From a virus, in IMG/VR virus record IMGVR_UViG_3300020027_000005, positions 1 through 64,000 of that record: a stretch of 64,000 nt of DNA. One strand, written 5' to 3'. Shown here one piece after another: positions 38,543 to 48,309 of the stretch (position 1 is its first letter; the number at the start of each line of letters is the position of its first letter). The notes beneath the pieces are model-generated. The model saw only the letters and a list, made by a program, of their open reading frames with translations, made no database searches and had not been told where the DNA came from. The position numbers and the translations under genes are program-made.

Positions 38543-39156
38543 CTGCGGAAGTCCGGAGCACTCGAACCACCTTCGTGAATATCCCGTTTCAGTTCTTCGC
38601 CTCTGCGGGTCTGCTCTCGGGAGATGTTGTTCAGAGTCCTCTTGAGCTGCTCGTGCCGACTTTCCATCGCCTTGTAGTAGGTCTTGAGGCGGAGAAGGTC
38701 GGCGTCGCACTGAACGAACCTGGCGTCGGTGTTGATGTAGTCGTCTGCCAGGTTCGCCGGGATGTTCTTGTCTTTGATGTAGTAGACCCGAAGAGCCGAA
38801 CGGATGATGTCGTTCCGGCTCGTCTGGATGTCGAGGTGGCTCTTCGCCCTCGAGCATTCAGCGGTCACGTAGTTCGCCCAGTTGTGAAAGAACGTGAAGA
38901 GCTTCCCGATCTGGACCTGGTCGATCGCGGTCAGGTCCTCGGGCGGAAACGGGTCACCGTTTACTCCGAGGAGGACGATTCCTTCGAGCTCGTCGGGTGC
39001 TCCCGGGATGGCCAGGGTGTGGGAGACTCCGGCGTCGGCCAGAGCTGCATCCACATCCGGGAGAATCCCATCGTAGATCTGGAGGAGTTCCTCCACCTTG
39101 AGGTTCTTCGCAACCGAGAACCTTCCTCCCCCGCCTACCTGCGTGTCGTCGCTCAT
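38539..39156 (-). CDS. Helical protein, possibly UvsY-like recombination mediator
   Basis: C-terminal DYINTDARF...coiled coil...ISREQTRR; in the same operon as recA. Confidence 0.45.
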   Translation of the reverse strand: MSDDTQVGGGGRFSVAKNLKVEELLQIYDGILPDVDAALADAGVSHTLAIPGAPDELEGIVLLGVNGDPFPPEDLTAIDQVQIGKLFTFFHNWANYVTAECSRAKSHLDIQTSRNDIIRSALRVYYIKDKNIPANLADDYINTDARFVQCDADLLRLKTYYKAMESRHEQLKRTLNNISREQTRRGEELKRDIHEGGSSAPDFRR

Positions 39157-40397
39157 CGTTGAAACATCCTGTCGACGCTGGGTGGAACGAGTTCTGGCTT
39201 ACAGATCCAGCTGTACTTGCAAGCCTTGCAGTAGGAGTCTTTTCCAGAGATTCTTTGAGGAAGCTCCTTTTTGTCCACGGCCTGGATGATTCTGGTCGCC
39301 CGAGTAGCGATGCGATGCCAGACGTTCCTGTCTACGGGGATTCGGTAGACCGTGATTTCTGCGGTCTCTTTGCACACGTAGATGTACGAGACAGCGTCCA
39401 GGCCGAGGTTCGCTGCGTAGATGGTCGCCTGCTCGATGTGTTCTTGTTTCGGCTTCGTGAGTGTCGAGTGGCCGAGAAGGGAGATGGTCTTGATCTCCAT
39501 TCCTTCTTTCTGGTCGACCCCGTCGCAGCTGCCGAAGATCCGGAGATTCTTGTTCTTTGCAGGAACCTCTGCTCTGAAGTGCGGGAGGGACCAGGACAGC
39601 GCCTTCTGGACGATGTCGTGGTAGATGTGGCCGAGGTCGAAGATCCTTCGGAGCTTCTTGAACCGAAGGGATTCCCGCTCCAGTTCCTCCTCTCCCGACA
39701 ACCCGTAGGCGATCTTCCGGTCGCAGGGGGATGTCGAAATTTCGGAGGGATGGATGACGTTCCTCTCCCGGTGCTTCGTTCCTCCGTCGAGGTTCTTGTC
39801 TGTCCCGATGGAGGAAATGAGGGTGTTCATCTTGTCGGTGAGAGGCTGGTTCGGAGTCGTGACCAGGCCCGTCCAGGCCGGGACAGAGTCTCCTCGAACT
39901 GCGGCCTGCATGTAGGTGTGGGCGGTCTCGAAGTCACCGGTCACCGTGTACCAGAACCACGACTGGTTGCTTCGGTCGAGGGCCCCGATGTTCAGCTTCT
40001 GGAACCCTTCGATGTGAGCTTTCGCTCCCGCGGGGATCGCCAGTCTCGGGTCCAGGAACCCCGTCCTGAAGTCGAGAGTGGATACGACCGCCACGTCGAG
40101 CATCGTGTCTCCAAGGCTGCCCGCGAAGGTCGTGAAGGCCTTGTCCGACATCGTGAGAGCGTGGCCACGGGAGAAGGTTCCTCTGTTGGCGGCAGCGAGG
40201 TAGTTCGTGAGCAGTTCTCTCTGCTCGAGTTCGGCTGCTCGCATCAACGCGAAACGCTTGTTCTCATTCGTGGGTACAGCACTCTGGCTGAACGCACGCT
40301 CTACCGAGGAGGGCTGGACCAACTCCTCCCACAGGTACTGCCCCTGTGCCCCGTACTCGGCCCACAGGGAGTCATAGATCACTTCCCGAAGATTCAT
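39153..40397 (-). CDS. Cas4-like PD-(D/E)xK exonuclease with N-terminal extension
   Basis: HPSEI..C.RK; G.IYH; GSCDG..EIKT; Q...Y; C-terminal CKACKYSWIC (four-Cys Fe-S staple). Confidence 0.85.
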   Translation of the reverse strand: MNLREVIYDSLWAEYGAQGQYLWEELVQPSSVERAFSQSAVPTNENKRFALMRAAELEQRELLTNYLAAANRGTFSRGHALTMSDKAFTTFAGSLGDTMLDVAVVSTLDFRTGFLDPRLAIPAGAKAHIEGFQKLNIGALDRSNQSWFWYTVTGDFETAHTYMQAAVRGDSVPAWTGLVTTPNQPLTDKMNTLISSIGTDKNLDGGTKHRERNVIHPSEISTSPCDRKIAYGLSGEEELERESLRFKKLRRIFDLGHIYHDIVQKALSWSLPHFRAEVPAKNKNLRIFGSCDGVDQKEGMEIKTISLLGHSTLTKPKQEHIEQATIYAANLGLDAVSYIYVCKETAEITVYRIPVDRNVWHRIATRATRIIQAVDKKELPQRISGKDSYCKACKYSWICKPELVPPSVDRMFQR

Positions 40398-40989
40398 TGG
40401 CAGCCTTGAAGTCGATGAACTGTTGTTCGGTGAGGGCTACTGCCGGTGGGTGCAGAGGAAGTGTTCTCGGGTAGAGACCCAGTAGGGTATCGACCCACGG
40501 ATGAAGACCCTCGATGCACCTGGTTCCTGACTCGTCGAACCACTCTTTGAGAACGACGACGAACCTGTAGGTCGGCTCTCCGGGAAGCCCGCGAAGCTCG
40601 ACGTGGAGAATGGGCTGTTCTCCTACCGCCATGGCTCCGTTCACCAGTTTCGACCAGATTTTTGGAGTGACGGTAAAGTGCCCTCTACTTGTTTGCTTTG
40701 CTTCCACTCGCCACACTCCGAATGTCCTTCCGTCTCCATCCAGCCCTAAGGCACCAGAAGCTGGGGTAGCTCTGGCACCGACCAAGGCGTTGGCGCGCTT
40801 TTCTTGAGCACGCCAACTACTCTTGTTCCGAAGATGGATGGGTTGAGGCCGACGGAAGCGACTGCAATCTTCCTTATGCCGGATGTTGTCCGACACCTGG
40901 ACTTTGTCTCGTCCAATGCTCTTGCCGATGAAGAGGATTCCGCCTTCACCGCATTCTCGACAAGTCACTTTTCGTGGGCCTTTCTCCAC
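40372..40989 (-). CDS. Hjc-like PD-(D/E)xK nuclease with N-terminal Zn module
   Basis: QEKR...TPASGA...GDG...VEAKQT; CREC...H...C. Confidence 0.65.
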   Translation of the reverse strand: MEKGPRKVTCRECGEGGILFIGKSIGRDKVQVSDNIRHKEDCSRFRRPQPIHLRNKSSWRAQEKRANALVGARATPASGALGLDGDGRTFGVWRVEAKQTSRGHFTVTPKIWSKLVNGAMAVGEQPILHVELRGLPGEPTYRFVVVLKEWFDESGTRCIEGLHPWVDTLLGLYPRTLPLHPPAVALTEQQFIDFKAANESSGSDL

Positions 40990-42098
40990 TACCGGGTCAA
41001 CTTCTGGGCCAGGAGTCCGACCAGTTCCTCCGCCAGAGATTCATTTCCCTGGAGAGTGAGGATGGCGTTTTCCTTTCCCTGACCCAGGCGAATGTCCCCG
41101 TAGTTGTACCAGGAGCCGCTCTTCTGGATGAGGCCGTACTGGCTTCCGTAGTCGAGGAGTTCCCCGAACATCGAGATGCCCTTTCCCCAGATGATGTCCA
41201 CTTCGCAGGACCTGAAGGGAGGGGCGACCTTGTTCTTCACGACGTTCAGTCGAGTCCGACTTCCGAACTTCTCGTCGTTGGCCGAGAGGGCTCCGAGCTT
41301 CGTCGTCTCAATCCGAATCGAGGCGTAAAAAGGCAGAGCCTTCCCACCGCTCGTCGTCTTCGGGCTCCCGAAGGTGACTCCGATTTTCTCCCGCATCTGG
41401 TTCAGGAAGATGACGACCGCGTTGCTCCTCGCGATCTTCGGGGTCATGATCCGAAGCGCCTGACCCATGAGACGAGCCTGGCCACCTGGATTGTGGTCCC
41501 CGATCTCTCCGTCGAGCTCCTTCTGTGGAACCAACGCTGCGACGGAGTCGATGACGACCAAGTCCACCTTCCCCGTCTCGACGAGGTGGGAGACGGTCTG
41601 AAGGGCTTGTTCACCGTTGTCCGGTTGATAGCCGAGGGTCGAATCCAGATCGACTCCGAGGGCCTGGGCGTAGTTCGGGTCCAGGGCGTGCTCGACATCC
41701 ACGAACGCTGCAATACCACCCGCCTTCTGACACTGATGAACGCAGTGCAAGGCCAGGGTGGTTTTTCCCGAGGCGTAGTCCCCGTAGATCTCGACGATTC
41801 GCCCACGAGGAAGTCCACCAACTCCGAGAGCGATGTCGAGGCCGAAAGAACCGGTGTGGATGACTCCACGGACCTCTTCTCTGAGTCCGTGAACTCCTCG
41901 CAGGGTGGACATCTGGATGCCCTTCCCGAAGGTCCTCCCGCAGATCTCATCGAGAGCGGCCAAACGCTCTTCTGGAGTCTTGGCCTCCGTCATCATGTTC
42001 CGTTGTTCGGCGAGGTTCGCATGCTCGTTCGTCTTCGGAATCATCGGATTCTCGGCGACGAGCTTCGGACCGAGGGTGTCCCGACTCTTGCGGCCCAC
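40989..42098 (-). CDS. recA: RecA recombinase
   Basis: TGSFGLDIALGVGGLPRGRIVEIYG..ASGKTT; VVIDSVAALVP; QARLM; IFLNQMREKIGV; KNKVAPPF. Confidence 0.98.
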   Translation of the reverse strand: MGRKSRDTLGPKLVAENPMIPKTNEHANLAEQRNMMTEAKTPEERLAALDEICGRTFGKGIQMSTLRGVHGLREEVRGVIHTGSFGLDIALGVGGLPRGRIVEIYGDYASGKTTLALHCVHQCQKAGGIAAFVDVEHALDPNYAQALGVDLDSTLGYQPDNGEQALQTVSHLVETGKVDLVVIDSVAALVPQKELDGEIGDHNPGGQARLMGQALRIMTPKIARSNAVVIFLNQMREKIGVTFGSPKTTSGGKALPFYASIRIETTKLGALSANDEKFGSRTRLNVVKNKVAPPFRSCEVDIIWGKGISMFGELLDYGSQYGLIQKSGSWYNYGDIRLGQGKENAILTLQGNESLAEELVGLLAQKLTR

Positions 42099-42272
42099 CT
42101 ACTGTTCCTCCCGAAAGAGTTCCTGCTGGCAGTCCTCCTTCTGGACGATTTTGTCCTCCTGTTGGCCCGTGTTGACCACGGCCCTCTCGGTTCTCGACTT
42201 GTCGACTACCTTGGAGGCTTCCACGTGAGCCTTCTTCTCCTTCGGCGTGTTCACCACTGCGCGCTTTTCCAC
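42099..42272 (-). CDS. Small hypothetical protein (57 aa), not in ORF track
   Basis: AGGAG RBS plus GTG start; fills the polymerase-recA gap; RAVVNT occurs twice. Confidence 0.55.
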   Translation of the reverse strand: MEKRAVVNTPKEKKAHVEASKVVDKSRTERAVVNTGQQEDKIVQKEDCQQELFREEQ

Positions 42273-42280
42273 GGTTTCTC

Positions 42281-44197
42281 CTACTTTTCGGCCCAGTTTT
42301 TCGCAATCTTCGGTTTCACCACGAGAGGGACTCGCAGCGGAGGGTTGAGGGGCGTCGACATGTAGTACTCCATGATCTCCCTAGCCTCTGATGCCGTTTC
42401 AATCGGCCCTTCTCCGATGAGCTCGTCATGGACCTGGTGGATGAGAGCCCACCCCAAGTCTGCGAATCGTCCATCTGCGGCGAGGTTGATCATGGCTCGT
42501 TTCACGATGTCGGCAGCAGACCCCTGGATCGGGGCATTCTGTGCTTGTCGAAGTGCATGGCCGATTTCCCTGCTTCGGCCATACTTGGCTTTCGAAAGTC
42601 TGCGGAAGCGCCCGCAGATCGTTTGAACATATCCCCGACTCTTCGCCTCGTAGTGTTTCTCGGCGATCCAGCGACGAACACCAGGGTAGGTGTTGAGGTA
42701 TTGGTTGATGAAGGTCTGGGCTTCGTCTTGAGAGACGTACCGACCGAGCTCTTCGGAGAGCTGTGCGGCCAGACCAACCTTTGACTCGCCATAGAGAATC
42801 CCGAACCCGGTCTTCTTCATTGCGGTTCGTTTCTCTTCTATCCAGCTCTCTCCCCGTTCACGAGCTGCGACACATTCGTCGTAGTCAGCGTTTTCGATGG
42901 TGCTGACCGTGAAGATGTGCATGTCCCGGCCATCGAGGATGGCATTGATCATCGTCTCGTCGCCAGACATGTCGGCGATGATTCGCATCTCCAGCTGCGA
43001 GTAGTCCCCGATGATGAAGGCGTTCCCCTCCTCGGGGAGGAAGGCTTCCCGAATTCGGTAGGGGTCGTCCTTCGTGATTTGAGGAACGTTCTGCAGGTTC
43101 GGGTTCGAACTCCCGAGTCGGCCCGTAGTCTTTGTCGGGCTGTAGTCGGTGTGGACCCGGCCATCGAGAAAGAGGAACTTCAGGATTCCGTCGACGTAGG
43201 TGCCACGAAGTTTGCTGCACTTCTTGTACACCATGACGAGCTTGGCGACGGGATCCTGGGTCTTTCCGAGAGCCAGATGGGAAAAGAGCGTCTCGTTGAC
43301 CTGCGGGACCTGCTTCTTTTCGGTGAAGGAGAGCGGGGTGTACTTCTTCACGTTGAAGAAGTACTCGCCCATCTGGTCGGTCGAGTTCGGGTTGATGGGG
43401 TAGCCGACGAGCTTGTTGATCTCGAAAGCCGTTTCTTCCATCTTCTCTTCGAGGACTGCTCTCACCTTCTTGAGATGGTCGACGTTGACCCGCATTCCGC
43501 GGCGTTCCATTCCCCAGAGTGTCTTGAGCTGCGGTTCCTCGGTGTCCCAGTACATCTGGGTCAGCGTGTAGGGATCGTTCTCGTCGTCTGCTGGCCAGAC
43601 TTCGATCTTGTCGAGAAGTCCGAACAACTTCATGGCCAGGATTCGCGTGGCCCATGGGTCGAGGGACGAGTAGTCGAGGTACTTCTGCCACGCAGGGTGT
43701 CCGGGTTTAATGGCCCGCGGGTCCTCGCTTCCGAACAGCTCCTTGTACTCGTTCATCGGGTAGTCGAAGTAGTCGGCCATGCAGTCTTTGAGGCCGTGCC
43801 GGTTTTCTCGGCGGTCTTCATCTACAAGGAAGTCGAGAACCACGGTGTCGATCCAGGGACCGCCAACTTTGATGCCCGAGGAGTTCATGATCCTGTGCAC
43901 GTCGAACTTTGCGAAGGTCAGCGCCTTCGGTACATCCGATTCCAGAACAGGGCGGAAATAGTTGAGGTTCACCCTCGGGACGAGGTATCTGACATCGTCC
44001 CGAGGGCTGAGCCCCATGACCACCACTTCGTCGGTCATGTTGAAGCGCTTGGACCCGTCCTCGTTCTTGAAGAGACCCAAGGTCTCGGTGTCGACGCCCA
44101 GCATCACCTCTGCATCCAGGCAGTCCCGGATGGCAGTTTCGATGAGCTGGGGTGTGTCGACGTAGATCGGAGGAGGGGCGAAGGTCTGAAATCTCAT
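42281..44197 (-). CDS. polA: Family A DNA polymerase (3'-5' exonuclease plus polymerase, no 5' nuclease)
   Basis: Exo I DTET; motif A DYSQLEMR; motif B RTAMKKTGFGILYG; motif C HQVHDEL. Confidence 0.97.
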   Translation of the reverse strand: MRFQTFAPPPIYVDTPQLIETAIRDCLDAEVMLGVDTETLGLFKNEDGSKRFNMTDEVVVMGLSPRDDVRYLVPRVNLNYFRPVLESDVPKALTFAKFDVHRIMNSSGIKVGGPWIDTVVLDFLVDEDRRENRHGLKDCMADYFDYPMNEYKELFGSEDPRAIKPGHPAWQKYLDYSSLDPWATRILAMKLFGLLDKIEVWPADDENDPYTLTQMYWDTEEPQLKTLWGMERRGMRVNVDHLKKVRAVLEEKMEETAFEINKLVGYPINPNSTDQMGEYFFNVKKYTPLSFTEKKQVPQVNETLFSHLALGKTQDPVAKLVMVYKKCSKLRGTYVDGILKFLFLDGRVHTDYSPTKTTGRLGSSNPNLQNVPQITKDDPYRIREAFLPEEGNAFIIGDYSQLEMRIIADMSGDETMINAILDGRDMHIFTVSTIENADYDECVAARERGESWIEEKRTAMKKTGFGILYGESKVGLAAQLSEELGRYVSQDEAQTFINQYLNTYPGVRRWIAEKHYEAKSRGYVQTICGRFRRLSKAKYGRSREIGHALRQAQNAPIQGSAADIVKRAMINLAADGRFADLGWALIHQVHDELIGEGPIETASEAREIMEYYMSTPLNPPLRVPLVVKPKIAKNWAEK

Positions 44198-45303
44198 CCA
44201 GGTCTCCTAGGCCCTTTCATGTGTTCTCGAATCCAGGCAATGGCTTCCTTCTCGCTGGCCCCGTACACGAAGCCCTCGAGTTCCAGGTCCTGGAGTTCTC
44301 GTTCCATCCCGTTCAGCGTGACCTCTCGGAGGGACCACTCCTTGGGTTCCATCTGAAAGAGGTCGACGTAGCCCTGCAGTTGTCGGAGCAGTTCGTTCTT
44401 CCGACCCTGAAGGCTTCCTTCTTTCCCCTCGCGGTGCAGCGTGTCGATCTCTACGTCGGACAAGCCGTGCCATCGGAGAATGGCGACGCCCTCGACGAGG
44501 CTGTTGCTGGCGTTTCTCTGAACCAGCGTCGTGGCAGTTGACCGACTTCCGGGCGTGTAGCTCGTGTATTTTCGAAGCGCCTGAAGACCAGACTCTGGAG
44601 CTTCCCAGCTCACCTGGGCCACGTCGAGGTACAGCTCCCGATCCTTATGGGTGTGGACCCCGATCTTCAGAAGCGGGACCAACATTCCGAACACATCAGG
44701 TTCGTTGTCCCTCTGCATCATGCCGAGGAAATCCGGACGCCCGACATTCGTAGGACAGGTGATCCCGAACTCCATTTCGTAAAAGGCCTTGAAGTGCTTG
44801 GCGTTGACCCCGAGGATTCTTCCGTCGAGATCGAAGGTGTAGATGTGGGCCGTCGGTTCAGGAGCGAATCGACTCGAGGTAGGATCCGGTCTCTGGTACT
44901 GGACTCTCGCAGCTCCTCCTCCGAAGAGATCGGTCAGGTTGTAGAGCGGCTCTTCCCAGATGTTCTGGTTCTCGGACAGCAGCTCTCGGACAGTCTCTGC
45001 GGTGAACCTCTGGTACATGGCGTACTTGTCGGCTGACAGGTAGATGTCGAGCGCCCTGGCTCCACGGTCTGGGACGAACTTCTTGGCCTCGGCGAAGACT
45101 TCTTTGGCGTTGATTACTCGCCAGTCGACGAGAGTTCCGTCGGGGGCATCGTTCAAGATTTCGAGAACGTCACTCGTGAAGTAGTGATCAGCTCCGGAGG
45201 TGACGATGAGCCACTTTCCGGAGCTGATGTAGATCGTGTCTTCGTCGACGAGCATGACTGCGTCACCCAGCGCAGCCATGTGCTCCGAAGAGATGTTCAA
45301 CAT
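44194..45303 (-). CDS. Hypothetical protein
   Basis: 369 aa; GGAG RBS; ATGA coupling to the polymerase. Confidence 0.75.
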   Translation of the reverse strand: MLNISSEHMAALGDAVMLVDEDTIYISSGKWLIVTSGADHYFTSDVLEILNDAPDGTLVDWRVINAKEVFAEAKKFVPDRGARALDIYLSADKYAMYQRFTAETVRELLSENQNIWEEPLYNLTDLFGGGAARVQYQRPDPTSSRFAPEPTAHIYTFDLDGRILGVNAKHFKAFYEMEFGITCPTNVGRPDFLGMMQRDNEPDVFGMLVPLLKIGVHTHKDRELYLDVAQVSWEAPESGLQALRKYTSYTPGSRSTATTLVQRNASNSLVEGVAILRWHGLSDVEIDTLHREGKEGSLQGRKNELLRQLQGYVDLFQMEPKEWSLREVTLNGMERELQDLELEGFVYGASEKEAIAWIREHMKGPRRPG

Positions 45304-45317
45304 CGTTCGCTCCGTGT

Positions 45318-45355
45318 AGGTAGGCGGAAGGGTGAACTTCCCTTTCCGCCTACCT
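45318..45355. terminator. 15-bp stem-loop downstream of the SSB gene
   Basis: AGGTAGGCGGAAGGG/TGAACTT/CCCTTTCCGCCTACCT (one bulge). No U-tail, so it may be a processing or stabiliser stem. Confidence 0.45.
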
Positions 45356-45362
45356 TATGCGC
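45350..45362 (-). promoter_or_regulatory. Candidate phage promoter motif GCGCATAAGGTAG
   Basis: Identical 13-mer at 53533-53545; both copies are intergenic and lie about 45 nt upstream of minus-strand starts. Confidence 0.6.
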
Positions 45363-45371
45363 GGAACCGAA

Positions 45372-46571
45372 CTACACTCGACGGAAGCTGCGAGCTCCGC
45401 CACCGCCCTTGAAGCCACCCGCAGGGCCCGTTCCCCAGGGGTTCACCTTCTTGATGGCCTCGGCCTGGGCGTCGAGCACGGCGTTGACGTACTCCTCGTC
45501 TTCCTTGTGGTCGTTCGGGTTGATCCACTCCGGACGGAAGGTCCAGGAGAAGTCGATCGGAGCGAGGATCTTCTTGATTTCCTCGTCTTCGAATCCCCAG
45601 GCTTGCAGCGTCTCTTCGGCGGTCTCGAAGATCTCGCAGTTCGTGTCGAAGGTGAAGACCTTGTCCTCGTACTTCTTCTTGTCCCAGGTCTCCTTCATCT
45701 CGCCCGAGCACATCACCCGTACGGACTTGTCGAAGATCGAGCCGGGCTTGGCCTCGTGTTCTCCTCCCCGACAGGCGAAGACCTGGGTCGGGCTGTCCTT
45801 GCTGGTGCAGTTCGGGCAGACCACGTCCTTCTTGGACTTGGCCTCGATCTCCTTCGTCGGCATCCGCCGGACCTTCTCCGGGTCCTCGAGGTTGTGACCG
45901 CACTCACGGCAGTTGAGCTCGATCACGTAGGCCTCTTGTTCGCAGAGAGACCCGTCTTCGTGCTGGAAGATGCAGATCTTTTTGAGGCGCTGATGTGCAG
46001 CGAAGATCTGCCCGAGGTGGTCGTCCTTCAGCTCCCACCGGCGAGCACCGCCGAAGAGCCGGGCCTTGGTCGCCTCGTCTTCGTCCGCACACTGCTCACA
46101 GCGGTCGGGGTCTCCGTCGGGCCCTTCGACGTTGCAGACGATCACGTCCTTCCCTTCCCCGGTGCTGGACGCGCTGATGTGGTAGTACCGGAAGTCGGTC
46201 ACCTGCATCATCGACCGGGACTGCTGGTTCAGCCGAGACTGGACCTTCTTGTACTGCTCCTTCTTGCTCCGAGCCTCCTCGAGCTTCCGCTGCTCGTTGG
46301 TCTTGTGGTCGGTGTCGTAGTGGCAGTAGCAGCACTTCCCGCTGAAGAGGGCCATCTCGGCCGTACAGGTCTTCGGCCCCGTTCCTTCGGGCCAGTGGTA
46401 CTTCCGAACGTAGGGCTGTTCCCCGGTCGGGTGGAACCGGCAGAGGGCCTGCTCGTCGACGGAGAGGCGGAACTCGCTCATCTCCCAGGGCTTGAGGCCC
46501 TTCTGCTTCCGAGCGGCGCGCTCCTTCTCACGGTTCAGTACGTGGGCACGGAATCCATCGAATTCACTCAC
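45372..46571 (-). CDS. gp32-like single-stranded DNA-binding protein with extra Zn ribbons
   Basis: F.L......CRF...YH......TC.......CCYC; several CxxC pairs; between primase and polymerase; GAGG RBS before GTG 46571. Confidence 0.6.
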   Translation of the reverse strand: MSEFDGFRAHVLNREKERAARKQKGLKPWEMSEFRLSVDEQALCRFHPTGEQPYVRKYHWPEGTGPKTCTAEMALFSGKCCYCHYDTDHKTNEQRKLEEARSKKEQYKKVQSRLNQQSRSMMQVTDFRYYHISASSTGEGKDVIVCNVEGPDGDPDRCEQCADEDEATKARLFGGARRWELKDDHLGQIFAAHQRLKKICIFQHEDGSLCEQEAYVIELNCRECGHNLEDPEKVRRMPTKEIEAKSKKDVVCPNCTSKDSPTQVFACRGGEHEAKPGSIFDKSVRVMCSGEMKETWDKKKYEDKVFTFDTNCEIFETAEETLQAWGFEDEEIKKILAPIDFSWTFRPEWINPNDHKEDEEYVNAVLDAQAEAIKKVNPWGTGPAGGFKGGGGARSFRRV

Positions 46572-46580
46572 AGGAACCTC

Positions 46581-46628
46581 ACTTAGGATCATTTGAATTA
46601 CGTAGGGTCTTTGGAATTACTTAGGATC
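46581..46628. repeat. Three direct repeats with exact 19-bp period
   Basis: ACTTAGGATC (46581), ACGTAGGGTC (46600), ACTTAGGATC (46619), separated by ATTTGAATT and TTTGGAATT. Confidence 0.85.
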
Positions 46629-47628
46629 AAAGGCGAAGTTGAATTGGGCTTTGGGCCTCGTCGATCATATCCTGAACTTCTTTTTCGTTCAGGGAATCTG
46701 GCTGCGTATTGATGGTCCGAGACTTGTACTGGCAGATCAGGGCCTTCCCTGCTCGGCCTAGAGCCTCCGCAATCTGTAGCGCAGCACAGCGCCCAAAACT
46801 GTCCGGGAATCCTTTTCCAGCTTGATGGTCGAGCATCACGTAGAAGGGACCTGCCAATCTTTCCAGCAGGGTTCTCTGCGCCCGTGAAAGGGATGAACCT
46901 TGAAGCGCGACCGTGTGAGGGAATCCGAGCTGTCTCAACCAGAGACACGCTTTGTACCCTTCAACCAGAATCAGAGGCGAACAACCGGCCTCATCCTTAA
47001 AGAACCGTTCCGGGTACACGGTGTGAAACCCGTAGAGGTGTCGACGGTTGTCCGGGACGTACTTCTCAACGACCCCGTAGAACTCTCCGCCTTTCCGCGC
47101 GTCGTACACCTTGTAGCGAGGACTCATCCAGTTCTCGATTGCCCTCCCGTTGATTGCCGCCAGCCGGCCCGCGAAATCGCGAACCGGAAAAGTGATCCTC
47201 TGGCGTTGCGCGTCGTACCCTACTTCATGGGCTCGGAGGATTTCTTCTGAAAAGCCCTTTCGTAGAAGTTGAGCAGGCGGCCCCCCGTAAACTCCCAGGA
47301 TGTATTCGGGAAGGAATACGGGCTCCTTGGCCAGCTCGGCCCTTATGCGCAGAAAGTCTGGAACCGCGAGCTTCGGCTTGACGTTCTGAACCGTCCTGTC
47401 GATTTGTGTTGGCGACAGGCCGAGTTTTCGTAGCAGCGTGACGAAGGACCCGCTCTCACCGCAGTCTCGGTGAAAACAGATCCAGGCTCCGGATTCCAGA
47501 CTGATGCTGAAAGTTCGGTCGTCCCCCGAGTGGAAGGGACAGACGGCCTTCAGGTTGCTCTCTCCCATGGGCCGTACTTCCGAGAAGTACAGGTCCATGA
47601 TTTCTTGAACCCGGACCTCGAGGCTCAC
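46627..47628 (-). CDS. dnaG: DnaG-like DNA primase
   Basis: CPFH...CF..DC zinc finger; RITFP...GR...RY; TOPRIM LVEGY...VALQG...LD. Confidence 0.9.
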   Translation of the reverse strand: MSLEVRVQEIMDLYFSEVRPMGESNLKAVCPFHSGDDRTFSISLESGAWICFHRDCGESGSFVTLLRKLGLSPTQIDRTVQNVKPKLAVPDFLRIRAELAKEPVFLPEYILGVYGGPPAQLLRKGFSEEILRAHEVGYDAQRQRITFPVRDFAGRLAAINGRAIENWMSPRYKVYDARKGGEFYGVVEKYVPDNRRHLYGFHTVYPERFFKDEAGCSPLILVEGYKACLWLRQLGFPHTVALQGSSLSRAQRTLLERLAGPFYVMLDHQAGKGFPDSFGRCAALQIAEALGRAGKALICQYKSRTINTQPDSLNEKEVQDMIDEAQSPIQLRL

Positions 47629-48293
47629 TTCTTCTTGGGGTTTTCGACCATCAGCCCACGCTCACCGGTCGTGTACCCGATGCTCTCCGGAGTGATCGAC
47701 TGACCTGCAGCACCGGCCTTCCGGGCCCGAGTGACCATGTTGCTGTGGGAACCGTAGGCCGCCTGGGCGTTCGAGCTCTCTGCAGCGAACCGAGCGGCCA
47801 TGGCCGGGTTCACTCCGAGATCTGCGGCCACGTTCATCGCGTCCAGGGTGGCCCCGAGGTAGGACACCTTCCAATCGAGTTCTTTCGAGACCGACTCGAT
47901 GAGTTCCCGGATCTGGGACCGGGTGTACTCCTTGGACTGGTTCTCATGACCATCCGTGAGGATGGCGATCATCACCACTCCGGGACGCTCTTCATCGGGC
48001 ATCCCCGCGAGCTGTTCCTTCGTGGTGGCGAGTCCCCGACCGATGGCATCGAGGAGTGCCGTTCCGCCGCGGGGCGTGTAGTTCTGGTTGTTCCGGAGGG
48101 GGACATCGGCGATCGGGACGAAGCTGTAGACCTCCTCGTAGATGTCGTCGAACTGGATGAACGACATCGTGCACTTCCCGGCCTCGAGCCGCTGGGTCTC
48201 GACCAGGTTGTTGATGCCACCGATGGCGTCGTCCTTGATGGAGTTCATGGAGCCCGAGCGGTCCATGATGAAGGTGATGTGGGTGTAGTTCAT
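47625..48293 (-). CDS. vWA domain protein
   Basis: MIDAS DRSGSM; GGTALLDAIG; ILTDGHEN. Confidence 0.92.
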   Translation of the reverse strand: MNYTHITFIMDRSGSMNSIKDDAIGGINNLVETQRLEAGKCTMSFIQFDDIYEEVYSFVPIADVPLRNNQNYTPRGGTALLDAIGRGLATTKEQLAGMPDEERPGVVMIAILTDGHENQSKEYTRSQIRELIESVSKELDWKVSYLGATLDAMNVAADLGVNPAMAARFAAESSNAQAAYGSHSNMVTRARKAGAAGQSITPESIGYTTGERGLMVENPKKK

Positions 48294-48309
48294 ATCCACG
48301 GCGATCTCC

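Noticed and set aside
39153-40397. CRISPR-Cas system implied by the Cas4-like gene
   Set aside because: No array and no cas1, cas2 or effector genes; solo Cas4-like nucleases are common in phages.
46581-46628. Mini CRISPR array
   Set aside because: The period is only 19 bp and the spacers are near-identical.
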